Below are positions 10,455 through 18,108 of a DNA stretch of 32,000 nt, piece by piece. The DNA is from Prochlorococcus sp. MIT 0801 (lineage in GTDB: Bacteria; Cyanobacteriota; Cyanobacteriia; PCC-6307; Cyanobiaceae): positions 570,001-602,000 of the forward strand of contig NZ_CP007754.1 in the NCBI RefSeq assembly GCF_000757865.1, read 5' to 3'. Each line of letters begins with the position of its first letter. Positions within the stretch are counted from its first letter, which is position 1. Under the pieces are notes generated by a model, which did no database searches, was not told the DNA's origin, and saw only the letters and a program-made list of their open reading frames with translations. The translations under genes were made by a program, and so were the position numbers.

Positions 10455-12842
10455 ATGGCAAAACAAACTAGTAGACAATTAGTTCTTGATCGCCGACAGG
10501 CTCTAAGTCAAGGAGGAAAGAATGCCTCTATTAAAGGCTCAACACCTAATAGGGTACGTTCCTCGAGCGATGCAAGAGCTACAAGAACTGATTCAACTTT
10601 TGTTAAGCCCCAAAATAATTTGGCAAATTCTAATAATTCTTCTCAGTCAAGTGCTAATAGCTTTCAATTAAGTACTCCTGGGAAATCAACTGGTTCAAGA
10701 TCATATAATAAGAGGTCAGTAGCTAAACCAAGTCGCCAACTTGTTATCGCAAGAAGAGAAGCTTTATCTCGTAGAGGGAAATCGGCTGATAACACTAAAG
10801 ATATAACTCGAGTTGATCTTGAGAGAAAAAAAGTTCAAAATGCTCCTTCTTATGATGCAAAAAATGCCGAACATTGTTGCCCAGAATGTGAGCAAAAAGC
10901 TAAAGAAGAGACTAGTAATACAACCCATAAACCAGAAATCAGTTTGAAATTGAATAAGAGAACTACTGATCACCGTTCAACTGTAAAAAGAAAAGCAATT
11001 ACTAATTCAAGTAGAGCTTTTGTTTTGGCTAGGAGAGAAGCCTTGTCAAAACATGGTAAGTCTGCAGGGAAACAACCAACTACAGCTGCATCAGTTGCTC
11101 GACAAGGTAATCCAGATTTAACTACTAAGGAAATAGCTCAACGAGTTAGAGAACTTAAAAGTAAAACTGGTGCCACTGGATCAAAACGCACTTCAGTAAC
11201 TCGTCCATGTGGTCCTAATAAGAATGGAGCTAAGCAAAATGCTAATGTTCCAGATGCTCATTGGAAGGTTGGTATAAGTGAGACTTCTACTGGACAAATT
11301 GTTACAGGTACTCAGGCGAATAGATCTCTTAAAACTACTGGTAATGAGGCAAGTACATGCCGTTCAATAACTGGTACTCAGTATTTAGGTTCAGAAGTCA
11401 TTGATTCTTTCTGTAATGGATCAAATACGCCGATAAGTCAGCCTGCAAAAGTAGCAGTCACAAATACTAGTCATGGGAATCTTGTAACTGGTAACGAGGT
11501 TGGTAGGTCAGAGAAGGTTACTGGTGACGAACCTGGAACTTGTAAAAACCTTACTGGGACTGAATATATTTCTGCGAATCAATCTAATAATTTTTGCGGA
11601 GGAGTTAACCCTTCACCATCAAAAATTGGCTATAGCCAAACTATTGATGGTCAAAAAGTCAGTGGAACCATGACAGGAAGGTCGGCTTTGGTTACTGGAA
11701 ATGAAGCAGGATCAAATAAAGGTTTAACTGGTGATCAGTATTTAGGTTCTGATCCACTACCTTCTGGTAGACCAGCAGAAAAGGTTGGCTCACTAACAAC
11801 AATTCGTGGAAACGGTGTAACTGGTACTGATGTCTCGAGAAGAGAGAATGTTACTGGTAATGAGGCTGGTAGTTGCAAGAACGTGACTGGAGATGAGTAT
11901 GTGGGTGCTGGGCAATATGATTCTTTTTGTGGAAGCAAGCCTGCTCCTGATCCAGCAAAAGTTGGCCTAAGTATTACGAATAAAACTCAATCTGTTAGTG
12001 GAACTATGACAGGTAGATCACCTCTCGTAACAGGAGATGAACCTGGTACTTGTAAAGCAGTAACAGGTACACCCTATGCAGGATTAGATCAGGCAAGTCA
12101 ATGGTGTGACAATTCAGCTTCATCTGAGATAGAGGCTAGAACTCCTAGAAAAGTTGCTACTCCTGGAGCAAGATTGACTGGTCAGCAGCCTGGGATAGGA
12201 GGGAAAATGACAGGCGCGCACAAAGGTGCTTGTGAGCCTTTGACTGGGACTCCTTATATAGGAGGTGATCAATTGAGTGAGAATTGCGGTATTTCAAATA
12301 TTCCCGAAGGTTATGCTCATCAAGAAAATATTGAAAAAGCAGCTGCATGGACAAGTTTCAGCGTGAAATCTCCAGCAAGGCAAGCTCATATACAAAATGA
12401 AATCAATACAGGTGTCACTGGTACGAGCTATGAAGATAGCTCAAGAATCACTGGCCCATTCGATATGGCTGCAAATAAAGTGACTGGTACTGAACAATTT
12501 CGCTTTGACAGAAAAACATCAAATTCTCAGAATAATAAAGTTGATCAAATAATTAATGAAGAATCTAAGCAACGCCCAACCTCACAAATAACAGGAGAAG
12601 GACAATCCGCAGGATTGAATATAACTGGTGATGATTGGGCTAGAGGAGAGCATGTTACTGGAACAGAAGGGGCATCTGCTAAGCGGAGAAATCCCTCTCG
12701 TCCAGGACCAATGAGTGCAATGAATGCAGCTGAATTAAAAAGAAACCAAGAGGTTCCCGAACCAGACTTCCTAATCACTGGTTCTAGTGGCAATACAAGG
12801 GATGGCCAATTGGTTACTTTCTCTGGTGGAGCAAGAGGTTAA
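10455..12842 (+). CDS. csoS2: carboxysome scaffold protein CsoS2
   Basis: 795-aa repetitive, basic ORF. It carries RxxVxxRRxALSxxGK N-repeats, six [VI]TG-rich M-repeats with conserved Cys, and a C-terminal ITG/VTG repeat region ending in FSGGARG. Its position after cbbS is canonical. Confidence 0.95.
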   Translation: MAKQTSRQLVLDRRQALSQGGKNASIKGSTPNRVRSSSDARATRTDSTFVKPQNNLANSNNSSQSSANSFQLSTPGKSTGSRSYNKRSVAKPSRQLVIARREALSRRGKSADNTKDITRVDLERKKVQNAPSYDAKNAEHCCPECEQKAKEETSNTTHKPEISLKLNKRTTDHRSTVKRKAITNSSRAFVLARREALSKHGKSAGKQPTTAASVARQGNPDLTTKEIAQRVRELKSKTGATGSKRTSVTRPCGPNKNGAKQNANVPDAHWKVGISETSTGQIVTGTQANRSLKTTGNEASTCRSITGTQYLGSEVIDSFCNGSNTPISQPAKVAVTNTSHGNLVTGNEVGRSEKVTGDEPGTCKNLTGTEYISANQSNNFCGGVNPSPSKIGYSQTIDGQKVSGTMTGRSALVTGNEAGSNKGLTGDQYLGSDPLPSGRPAEKVGSLTTIRGNGVTGTDVSRRENVTGNEAGSCKNVTGDEYVGAGQYDSFCGSKPAPDPAKVGLSITNKTQSVSGTMTGRSPLVTGDEPGTCKAVTGTPYAGLDQASQWCDNSASSEIEARTPRKVATPGARLTGQQPGIGGKMTGAHKGACEPLTGTPYIGGDQLSENCGISNIPEGYAHQENIEKAAAWTSFSVKSPARQAHIQNEINTGVTGTSYEDSSRITGPFDMAANKVTGTEQFRFDRKTSNSQNNKVDQIINEESKQRPTSQITGEGQSAGLNITGDDWARGEHVTGTEGASAKRRNPSRPGPMSAMNAAELKRNQEVPEPDFLITGSSGNTRDGQLVTFSGGARG
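10467..10520 (+). repeat. CsoS2 N-repeat 1 (Rubisco-binding-type peptide TSRQLVLDRRQALSQGGK)
   Basis: aa 5-22 of CsoS2. Aligns with the repeats at aa 93-110 and 186-203. Confidence 0.8.
10731..10784 (+). repeat. CsoS2 N-repeat 2 (SRQLVIARREALSRRGKS)
   Basis: aa 93-110 of CsoS2. Same RxxVxxRRxALSxxGK pattern. Confidence 0.8.
11010..11063 (+). repeat. CsoS2 N-repeat 3 (SRAFVLARREALSKHGKS)
   Basis: aa 186-203 of CsoS2. Same pattern. A degenerate fourth copy may lie at aa 223-243 (TTKEIAQRVRELKSKTGATGS). Confidence 0.75.
11265..12287 (+). repeat. CsoS2 middle region: six tandem ~45-50-aa M-repeats
   Basis: Repeat units start at aa 271, 332, 390, 443, 502 and 566. Each has the form K[VI]G/A...[VI][TS]G...VTG(N/D)E(A/P)G(T/S)CK..TG..Y...C. 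Confidence 0.85.
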
Positions 12843-12849
12843 ATAGTCA

Positions 12850-14409
12850 ATGGCCTATCGTAATTTGGCCAAGAAATCTCGTCGTGGGCCTACAGCTCCT
12901 ATGAAGAGATTTGATGACCTAGAGACCCAGAACTTAAATTCTGGAGTTATTAAAACTATTAAGTCTTTTTCCGATGAAATAAAAACTATAAGCTCTTTAT
13001 CTACTGATCATCCATTAACTAATTCTCAAGAAAATCAGAAGTTAAATCAATACGAAGATAAGGTTAAAGGTCGGTTTGATAATATTGTCCCTCTTTTAAA
13101 AAGAGTATCTAGTCTTCAAAATGATTTAAATTTTGTAGAAAGAGCTCAAACTTTATGTCATGCAGAATTAGGTTATGAATTGCCACTGCACATACTTGAA
13201 AAGGCTTGGGTTGGAAGTGTTGACATAAGTGCCTTGTTTGCATGGTGTGTTTTTCAATCACACCAATTGACGAGTAATGAATTTTTTGATTCAGATCCAC
13301 TAGAGGGATCTGGAGACAGTCAAAATGCTAAATCTTTTCAGTCTTTCCTAAATAAATGTGGCTTTCATCTTTTAGATATAACTCCTTGTGCCGATGGTAG
13401 ATTAGCTCATGCTATTTCTTATGCATTACGTATACCTTTTAGTTCTGTAAGGAGGCGTTCTCATGCAGGCGCACTATTTGATATTGAAAAAACAGTTAAC
13501 CGTTGGGTTAAAACTGAACATAGTAGATATAGAGAGTCAATTCCTAATCCTGCAACTGAGACAACAAGATATTTAAAATCAGTAATCTATCATTTTAGTT
13601 CTGTTGACCCTACACACCAAGGATGTGCTGCTCATGGTAGTAATGATGAGTTAGCAGCATCAGAGGGCTTACAGCGATTATTAGATTTTAGGGAAGCCGT
13701 CGAAAATAGTTTTTGTTGTGGTGCATCAGTTGATTTGCTTTTAATTGGTATTGATACAGATACAGACGCGATAAGAGTTCATACGCCTTCGAAAACTAAT
13801 GAAGTTGATTTGAAATCATGGGTTTGTGCAAATGAAATATACAAAGAAACTCAATTCCTAAATTCTGAAGAGGCTCTTCAAAAAATTCAAGAAAATGTCA
13901 AAAGTGTTTGTCCTGGAGAAACAGATCCGAATATGGTCACATTTATTACAAAGCTTATTTCAAATAATATATCTCAAATTGACTATGTGAAAAATTTTCA
14001 CTCCGGAAGCTACCAAGATGCAGGTCATGCTGAGAGGTTTATTGGGGTAGGTATTGGTTTTAAAGAAGTTCATTTAAGGAATCTTACTTATTTTGCTCAT
14101 TTGGAGACTGTTGAACAAGGAGCTCCTGATCTCGATGTCGGAGTGAAAATTTTTACAGGTCTCAATATCTCTAGGAATTTACCAATTCCTATTGTCATCC
14201 GCTTTGATTACTCAGGTAGTGTCCCTCATGCAAGAAATAGAGCATTATCTGATTGTCATAGAATTAACGAGGCTATTAAGTCTCGTTATCGAGGTTTAAT
14301 AGATAATGGTTCACTTCACACATTTCTTACTATTCGAGATCGAGATAAAAAGACTCCTGCAGAAGTTGTAGGTTCTTCCCTTGATCCAGTCACTCAGGAG
14401 GCTCACTAA
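12850..14409 (+). CDS. csoSCA: carboxysomal carbonic anhydrase CsoSCA (CsoS3)
   Basis: 519-aa ORF in the canonical slot after csoS2. Contains the LDITPCADGRLAH and GCAAHGS Zn-site-like motifs I associate with CsoSCA. Confidence 0.9.
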   Translation: MAYRNLAKKSRRGPTAPMKRFDDLETQNLNSGVIKTIKSFSDEIKTISSLSTDHPLTNSQENQKLNQYEDKVKGRFDNIVPLLKRVSSLQNDLNFVERAQTLCHAELGYELPLHILEKAWVGSVDISALFAWCVFQSHQLTSNEFFDSDPLEGSGDSQNAKSFQSFLNKCGFHLLDITPCADGRLAHAISYALRIPFSSVRRRSHAGALFDIEKTVNRWVKTEHSRYRESIPNPATETTRYLKSVIYHFSSVDPTHQGCAAHGSNDELAASEGLQRLLDFREAVENSFCCGASVDLLLIGIDTDTDAIRVHTPSKTNEVDLKSWVCANEIYKETQFLNSEEALQKIQENVKSVCPGETDPNMVTFITKLISNNISQIDYVKNFHSGSYQDAGHAERFIGVGIGFKEVHLRNLTYFAHLETVEQGAPDLDVGVKIFTGLNISRNLPIPIVIRFDYSGSVPHARNRALSDCHRINEAIKSRYRGLIDNGSLHTFLTIRDRDKKTPAEVVGSSLDPVTQEAH

Positions 14410-14410
14410 A

Positions 14411-14686
14411 ATGCTTATTTGTAAAGTTCTCAAACCACTTGTCTCAACCAATCGTATTCCAGGCTTTGAACATAAGCATTTGCAGGTTGTGTTGGACGGC
14501 AGCTCAAAAAAAGTAGCTGTTGATGCTGTTGGATGTAAACCAGATGATTGGGTTATCTGTGTAGGAAGTTCTGCCGCTCGAGAAGCTGCTGGAAGCAAGT
14601 CTTATCCAAGTGATTTAACTATTGTTGGGATTATTGATCATTGGGATCCAGAGACACAACAACAGATTTCAGGAGGAGCAAAATAA
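14411..14686 (+). CDS. csoS4A: carboxysome vertex protein CsoS4A (BMC-P / EutN-CcmL family)
   Basis: The track ORF 14381-14686 is trimmed to the ATG at 14411, giving MLICKVLKPLVSTNRIPGFEHKHLQVV. AGGAGG lies at 14396-14401 and the start is 2 nt after the csoSCA stop. Confidence 0.9.
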   Translation: MLICKVLKPLVSTNRIPGFEHKHLQVVLDGSSKKVAVDAVGCKPDDWVICVGSSAAREAAGSKSYPSDLTIVGIIDHWDPETQQQISGGAK

Positions 14687-14937
14687 TGGAGATCATGCAA
14701 GTTATGGGACGCTTAGTTTGTACACAGAGAGTTGAAGGATTAGGACATATGCATTTAAGAATATTGTGTAATAACAAAGGTAAAAGACTCGTTGCTGTTG
14801 ATCCTGTCGGAGCGAGAGAAGGTAATTGGGTTTTTACCGCAACAGGAACTGCAGCGAGGTGGGGATGCCCAGACCCTAATGTTCAAACCGATCTGACTAT
14901 AGGTGGGATTATTGATCATTGGTCACCCGATGATTAG
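14686..14937 (+). CDS. csoS4B: carboxysome vertex protein CsoS4B (BMC-P)
   Basis: The track ORF 14641-14937 is trimmed to the ATG at 14686, giving MEIMQVMGRLVCTQRVEGL. The start overlaps the csoS4A stop as TAATG and AGGAGG lies at 14671-14676. It is a paralogue of CsoS4A (shared DLTI.GIIDHW). Confidence 0.9.
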   Translation: MEIMQVMGRLVCTQRVEGLGHMHLRILCNNKGKRLVAVDPVGAREGNWVFTATGTAARWGCPDPNVQTDLTIGGIIDHWSPDD

Positions 14938-14984
14938 TTTGACCATGTATTCAAAAAAGCTCAATCCTATAAAATTATAAATTC

Positions 14985-15533
14985 ATGCCTGCATCACAAA
15001 ATCGTCAATCAAAAAGTAGTGATAAGGGTCTTAAACCTCAAGATCAAGTTGTTGATGTTACTCCTTTGAATTCAACTGCTCAATCACAAACTTCCCCTAA
15101 AGTAAAGTCTGAGCTAAATAAAAGTTCTTCTAATAATTTAAAAACTTCTACTTCTAAAAACTTATCCAATCGTTCTGTGGGTGGTGGATCATCTAAACCT
15201 CCAATTGGAAAAAATAAAGCTTTTCAAGCTAATTCAAATTTTGGAATAGCTTTAGGAATGATTGAAACTCGTGGCTTAGTACCAGCAATAGAAGCAGCAG
15301 ATGCAATGACTAAGGCTGCTGAAGTTAATTTGATCGTTAAAGAACTCGTTGGAGGAGGATATGTAACAGTGATGGTTCGTGGTGAGACTGGTGCTGTAAA
15401 TGCTTCAGTGAGAGCAGGTGCTGATGCCTGTGAGCGCGTTGGTGATGGATTAGTAGCTGCACATATCATTGCCCGACCTCATTATGAGATTGAGCCAGCA
15501 TTGAGAGGAAGTGGAGCAACAAGGAGAAGTTAA
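14985..15533 (+). CDS. csoS1E: second CsoS1-type BMC-H shell protein with an ~85-aa low-complexity N-terminal extension (CsoS1E type)
   Basis: 182-aa ORF. Residues from ~86 onward (GIALGMIETRGLVPAIEAADAMTKAAEV...) are near-identical to CsoS1. Residues 1-85 are S/N/K/T/Q-rich with no hydrophobic core. Confidence 0.85.
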   Translation: MPASQNRQSKSSDKGLKPQDQVVDVTPLNSTAQSQTSPKVKSELNKSSSNNLKTSTSKNLSNRSVGGGSSKPPIGKNKAFQANSNFGIALGMIETRGLVPAIEAADAMTKAAEVNLIVKELVGGGYVTVMVRGETGAVNASVRAGADACERVGDGLVAAHIIARPHYEIEPALRGSGATRRS

Positions 15534-15608
15534 GTAGTTTTTGATTTATAAATTATTTCTTCAATCAATTCACGATGTAGTAGTTTTTATAAAAGACAAG
15601 GTTTTTTC

Positions 15609-15872
15609 ATGGAAGGGTGGAGGCAAAAAAAAAGACCAGAGTGTCTAGAAAAAAGATTCGAATTTAAATCTTATGAAAAAAATAGAGATTTTCTTGATGC
15701 ACTAGGAGAATATTGCGAGAAGGTTAATCGCTTCCCCGATATAAGTTTTGGGAAGACTTATGCAAATATAACCATCAGGCCTGAAGAAAATAATGTAAAA
15801 GAGGAAATATCAAAAGGTGATCATGATTTCGCCAGAGCAATAGATTTTTTAAATAAAAAAGAAGAAAATTAA
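15609..15872 (+). CDS. pterin-4a-carbinolamine dehydratase-like protein (alpha-carboxysome RuBisCO assembly factor, acRAF type)
   Basis: 87-aa ORF with a PCD-like pattern (W...L.K.F.F..Y..N..FL...G..CE...RFPDISF...ANITI). The catalytic HHP of true PCDs is replaced by RFP. It sits at the 3' end of the cso operon, where acRAF genes are described. Confidence 0.7.
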   Translation: MEGWRQKKRPECLEKRFEFKSYEKNRDFLDALGEYCEKVNRFPDISFGKTYANITIRPEENNVKEEISKGDHDFARAIDFLNKKEEN

Positions 15873-16099
15873 TCTTCTTCTTTTGGTTGTTCTAGGTCTC
15901 TTTTGATTAATGCCATCAAGTAGGAGGGGGTTTTATATCTTCCTGGTAAGCAGCGATTTAGAGTCTCTAAGTGGCTCCAGCAAACAGTTCTTTGAATCTG
16001 ATCAGCAGTACGTCCTTGTTGCAGAAGCCTCCTAAGTGCTTTGCAATAAAGAGGGTATCCTGCTTCTAATTCGCCAATGGTCAACTTGGCAGTGGACAT
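15869..16099 (-). CDS. hypothetical small protein (76 aa)
   Basis: 76-codon ORF convergent with the acRAF-like gene. The two stops overlap as TTAA (15869-15872). No family recognised. Confidence 0.45.
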   Translation of the reverse strand: MSTAKLTIGELEAGYPLYCKALRRLLQQGRTADQIQRTVCWSHLETLNRCLPGRYKTPSYLMALIKRDLEQPKEED

Positions 16100-16139
16100 T
16101 GTGTATTGCTAATCAATTATTAATTTAGTCAATAATGGG

Positions 16140-16157
16140 GCCACTTAGCAAAGTGGC
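16140..16157 (-). other. stem-loop between ridA and the 76-aa gene
   Basis: Perfect 7-bp stem GCCACTT/AAGTGGC with a 4-nt loop. No U-tract follows on the minus strand, so a terminator role is uncertain. Confidence 0.3.
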
Positions 16158-16186
16158 AAGGCTCTATTTAGTCATAATGTTGTTTT

Positions 16187-16594
16187 TTACTTCTTGTTTC
16201 CTAACCAAGCTATGCAATCTATCTCAATCTTTCCTCCTTTAGGGAGCTTTGATACTTCAACGCATGCTCTTGCGGGGCTTAATGTTTTGTTGAAAGTTTC
16301 TGCATAAATTTCATTTACTTTTGCGAAATCATTTAAATCAGTTAAGTAGATGGTTGTTCTTATTACAGTTGAACTTTTTCCTCCAGCGGCTTCAACTACA
16401 GCCATTAAATTTTTTAGAACTTGTCTAGTTTCTTCTTCTATATTTCCATTCCCGACCATTACACCAGTTGAAGGGTCTAAAGCAATTTGTCCTGAGCAAT
16501 ATAAGTAGTTTTCTACCAAAATAGCTTGGTTGTAGGGACCAACGGGTTTAGGCGCAAATTTTGTTTCGATGGCCTCAATCGATGAACTTTTCAT
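16187..16594 (-). CDS. ridA: RidA/YjgF/TdcF family reactive-intermediate (enamine/imine) deaminase
   Basis: 135-aa ORF with family-typical APKPVGPYNQAI, SGQIALDP and ARACVEVSKLPKG motifs. Confidence 0.9.
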   Translation of the reverse strand: MKSSSIEAIETKFAPKPVGPYNQAILVENYLYCSGQIALDPSTGVMVGNGNIEEETRQVLKNLMAVVEAAGGKSSTVIRTTIYLTDLNDFAKVNEIYAETFNKTLSPARACVEVSKLPKGGKIEIDCIAWLGNKK

Positions 16595-16639
16595 GAATGA
16601 TTAGACTTTAATGAATAGATTTGATACACAAATCAGAAT

Positions 16640-17395
16640 TTAACATTTCCATCTATCTTTGTGTTTTCTGAGCATTGTAAATTTCTCGACATTTTCTGCT
16701 ATTAAAAATAAATTTGTTTTTCTTTCTTCTGAGAGTGTTGATGGGAGGCTAGACATTCCCTTTTGAAGTTTTTTTTGAATAAGCTTTAGTCTTTCGATGA
16801 TAGAAATATTTCCAGGCTCTAATGATAGGGCCCATTTTAAGTTGCTTTCTGTATATTCATGAGCTGGGTATATTTCAGTATTTTCTGGAAGAGAATTAAG
16901 TTTATATAAACTTTCAAACATTTGAACAGGACTACCTTCTAGTAGACGACCACACCCCCCTCCAAATAGCGTATCTCCTGGGAATAGTATGTTACATTTA
17001 GCATTTTGTTTTGATATATAAAAAGCTATATGGTTGTCAGTGTGACCATGCACTTCGATAACTTTAATCTCACCATCCATTAAATTAAAAATATCATTAT
17101 CGTCAACCGAAAATGTTTGAAAAGGTATTCTTTTATGTTCTTTTTTTGATGCAACTACCTTTGCATCTGGCCATGTTTTGATTAACTTTTGTGTTCCACC
17201 AATATGGTCATCATGATGATGTGTTTGAAGGATAGCTTTTAATGATAGGTTTTTTTCTAAAAGCCATTTTTCTACTGGGCCTGATATGGAGGGATCTACT
17301 ACCACTGCATTGCAATTGTGGACCCATACCCATACGATATTGTCCTGTAAGACATTAATTGGGTGAATAGTGAAGTCGCTTTTTTCCCCTAACAT
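16640..17395 (-). CDS. gloB: hydroxyacylglutathione hydrolase (glyoxalase II)
   Basis: Metallo-beta-lactamase motif THHHDDHIGG and the GloB-type N-terminus VLQDNIVWVW. The start is moved from the track's 17434 to the internal ATG at 17395 (MLGEKSDFTIHPINVLQDN), which fits usual GloB length. The start remains uncertain. Confidence 0.88.
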   Translation of the reverse strand: MLGEKSDFTIHPINVLQDNIVWVWVHNCNAVVVDPSISGPVEKWLLEKNLSLKAILQTHHHDDHIGGTQKLIKTWPDAKVVASKKEHKRIPFQTFSVDDNDIFNLMDGEIKVIEVHGHTDNHIAFYISKQNAKCNILFPGDTLFGGGCGRLLEGSPVQMFESLYKLNSLPENTEIYPAHEYTESNLKWALSLEPGNISIIERLKLIQKKLQKGMSSLPSTLSEERKTNLFLIAENVEKFTMLRKHKDRWKC

Positions 17396-17445
17396 TGTTT
17401 CTTTAGGTAATGGAGTAATTAGAGTCCATTTCAAGAGTTTTTGAC

Positions 17446-18108
17446 ATGTTTACTGTTGCATTAGCTAAAGGTGCCTTATTGCAAGAATCAGTCTCAATGT
17501 TTTCTGACGTTGGACTTGACTTCTCTGCTGTTTTAGACGATAGCAATCGGCAATTAATGGTTCCGTCAGCTTGTGGCCGTGCTAAAGCTCTTTTGGTTAG
17601 GAATAGCGATGTTCCTGTTTACGTATCTTATGGTCAGGCGCAACTAGGCATAGTGGGTTTTGATGTATTGCAAGAGCAAAAATTGCAAGTGTCTAATTTA
17701 GTTGACCTTGGATTTGGAGAGTGTCATATGTCGGTTGCAGTTAAATCCAGCAGTGGTTATTTGAGCGCTTCTGATCTACCACCAAACTGTCGCGTGGCAA
17801 GTAAATTCACTAACTGCGCAAAGAATTTTTTTGATCAAATTGATTTGCCCGTTGAATTGGTACATTTGAGTGGATCTGTTGAACTGGGTCCCATAACGGG
17901 TATGGCTGAAGCAATCGTTGATTTAGTCGCAACTGGTCGTACTCTTAGAGATAATGGTCTTGTAGAAATTGAAGAACTTTTTAAATCAAGTGCTCGGCTT
18001 GTCGGTCATCCACTATCCCTGAGACTTGATAAAGGGCCACTTCAAGAAATTATTGATTCAATTCAAATCCAATCTCAGACAAACCTCCTTTCTGATGGCA
18101 AAAAATGA
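17446..18108 (+). CDS. hisG: ATP phosphoribosyltransferase catalytic subunit (short HisG form)
   Basis: 220-aa ORF with a typical HisG N-terminus ([18 protein letters not shown]) and PRPP-binding region ([14 protein letters not shown]). Confidence 0.92.
   Translation: MFTVALAKGALLQESVSMFSDVGLDFSAVLDDSNRQLMVPSACGRAKALLVRNSDVPVYVSYGQAQLGIVGFDVLQEQKLQVSNLVDLGFGECHMSVAVKSSSGYLSASDLPPNCRVASKFTNCAKNFFDQIDLPVELVHLSGSVELGPITGMAEAIVDLVATGRTLRDNGLVEIEELFKSSARLVGHPLSLRLDKGPLQEIIDSIQIQSQTNLLSDGKK

Noticed and set aside
10826-10832. A AAA AAA heptamer in frame in csoS2 (codons AGA AAA AAA) as a possible -1 frameshift site. This is by analogy with the CsoS2A/B frameshift of Halothiobacillus.
   Set aside because: It lies in the N-terminal domain at about aa 124-126, not at the M/C boundary. 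The -1 frame continues for only about 40 codons. No downstream stimulatory hairpin is evident, and A-runs are frequent in this AT-rich genome. Mass spectrometry for a ~165-aa product would settle it.
14381-14410. Upstream extensions of the csoS4A (14381) and csoS4B (14641) track ORFs.
   Set aside because: The extensions overlap the preceding genes and lack homology to BMC-P N-termini. Internal ATGs at 14411 and 14686 have AGGAGG sites 9-10 nt upstream and give canonical M.I..V N-termini.
14968-14981. TATAAAATTATAAAT before csoS1E as an internal promoter.
   Set aside because: A -10 element here would put the transcription start at or beyond the ATG at 14985. The sequence is ordinary AT-rich spacer. 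Nothing distinguishes it from chance.
15534-15588. Direct repeat GTAGTTTTT...ATAAA (15534 and 15580) between csoS1E and the acRAF-like gene.
   Set aside because: It is only 9 nt, T-rich and in an AT-rich spacer. It forms no associated structure and is probably chance.
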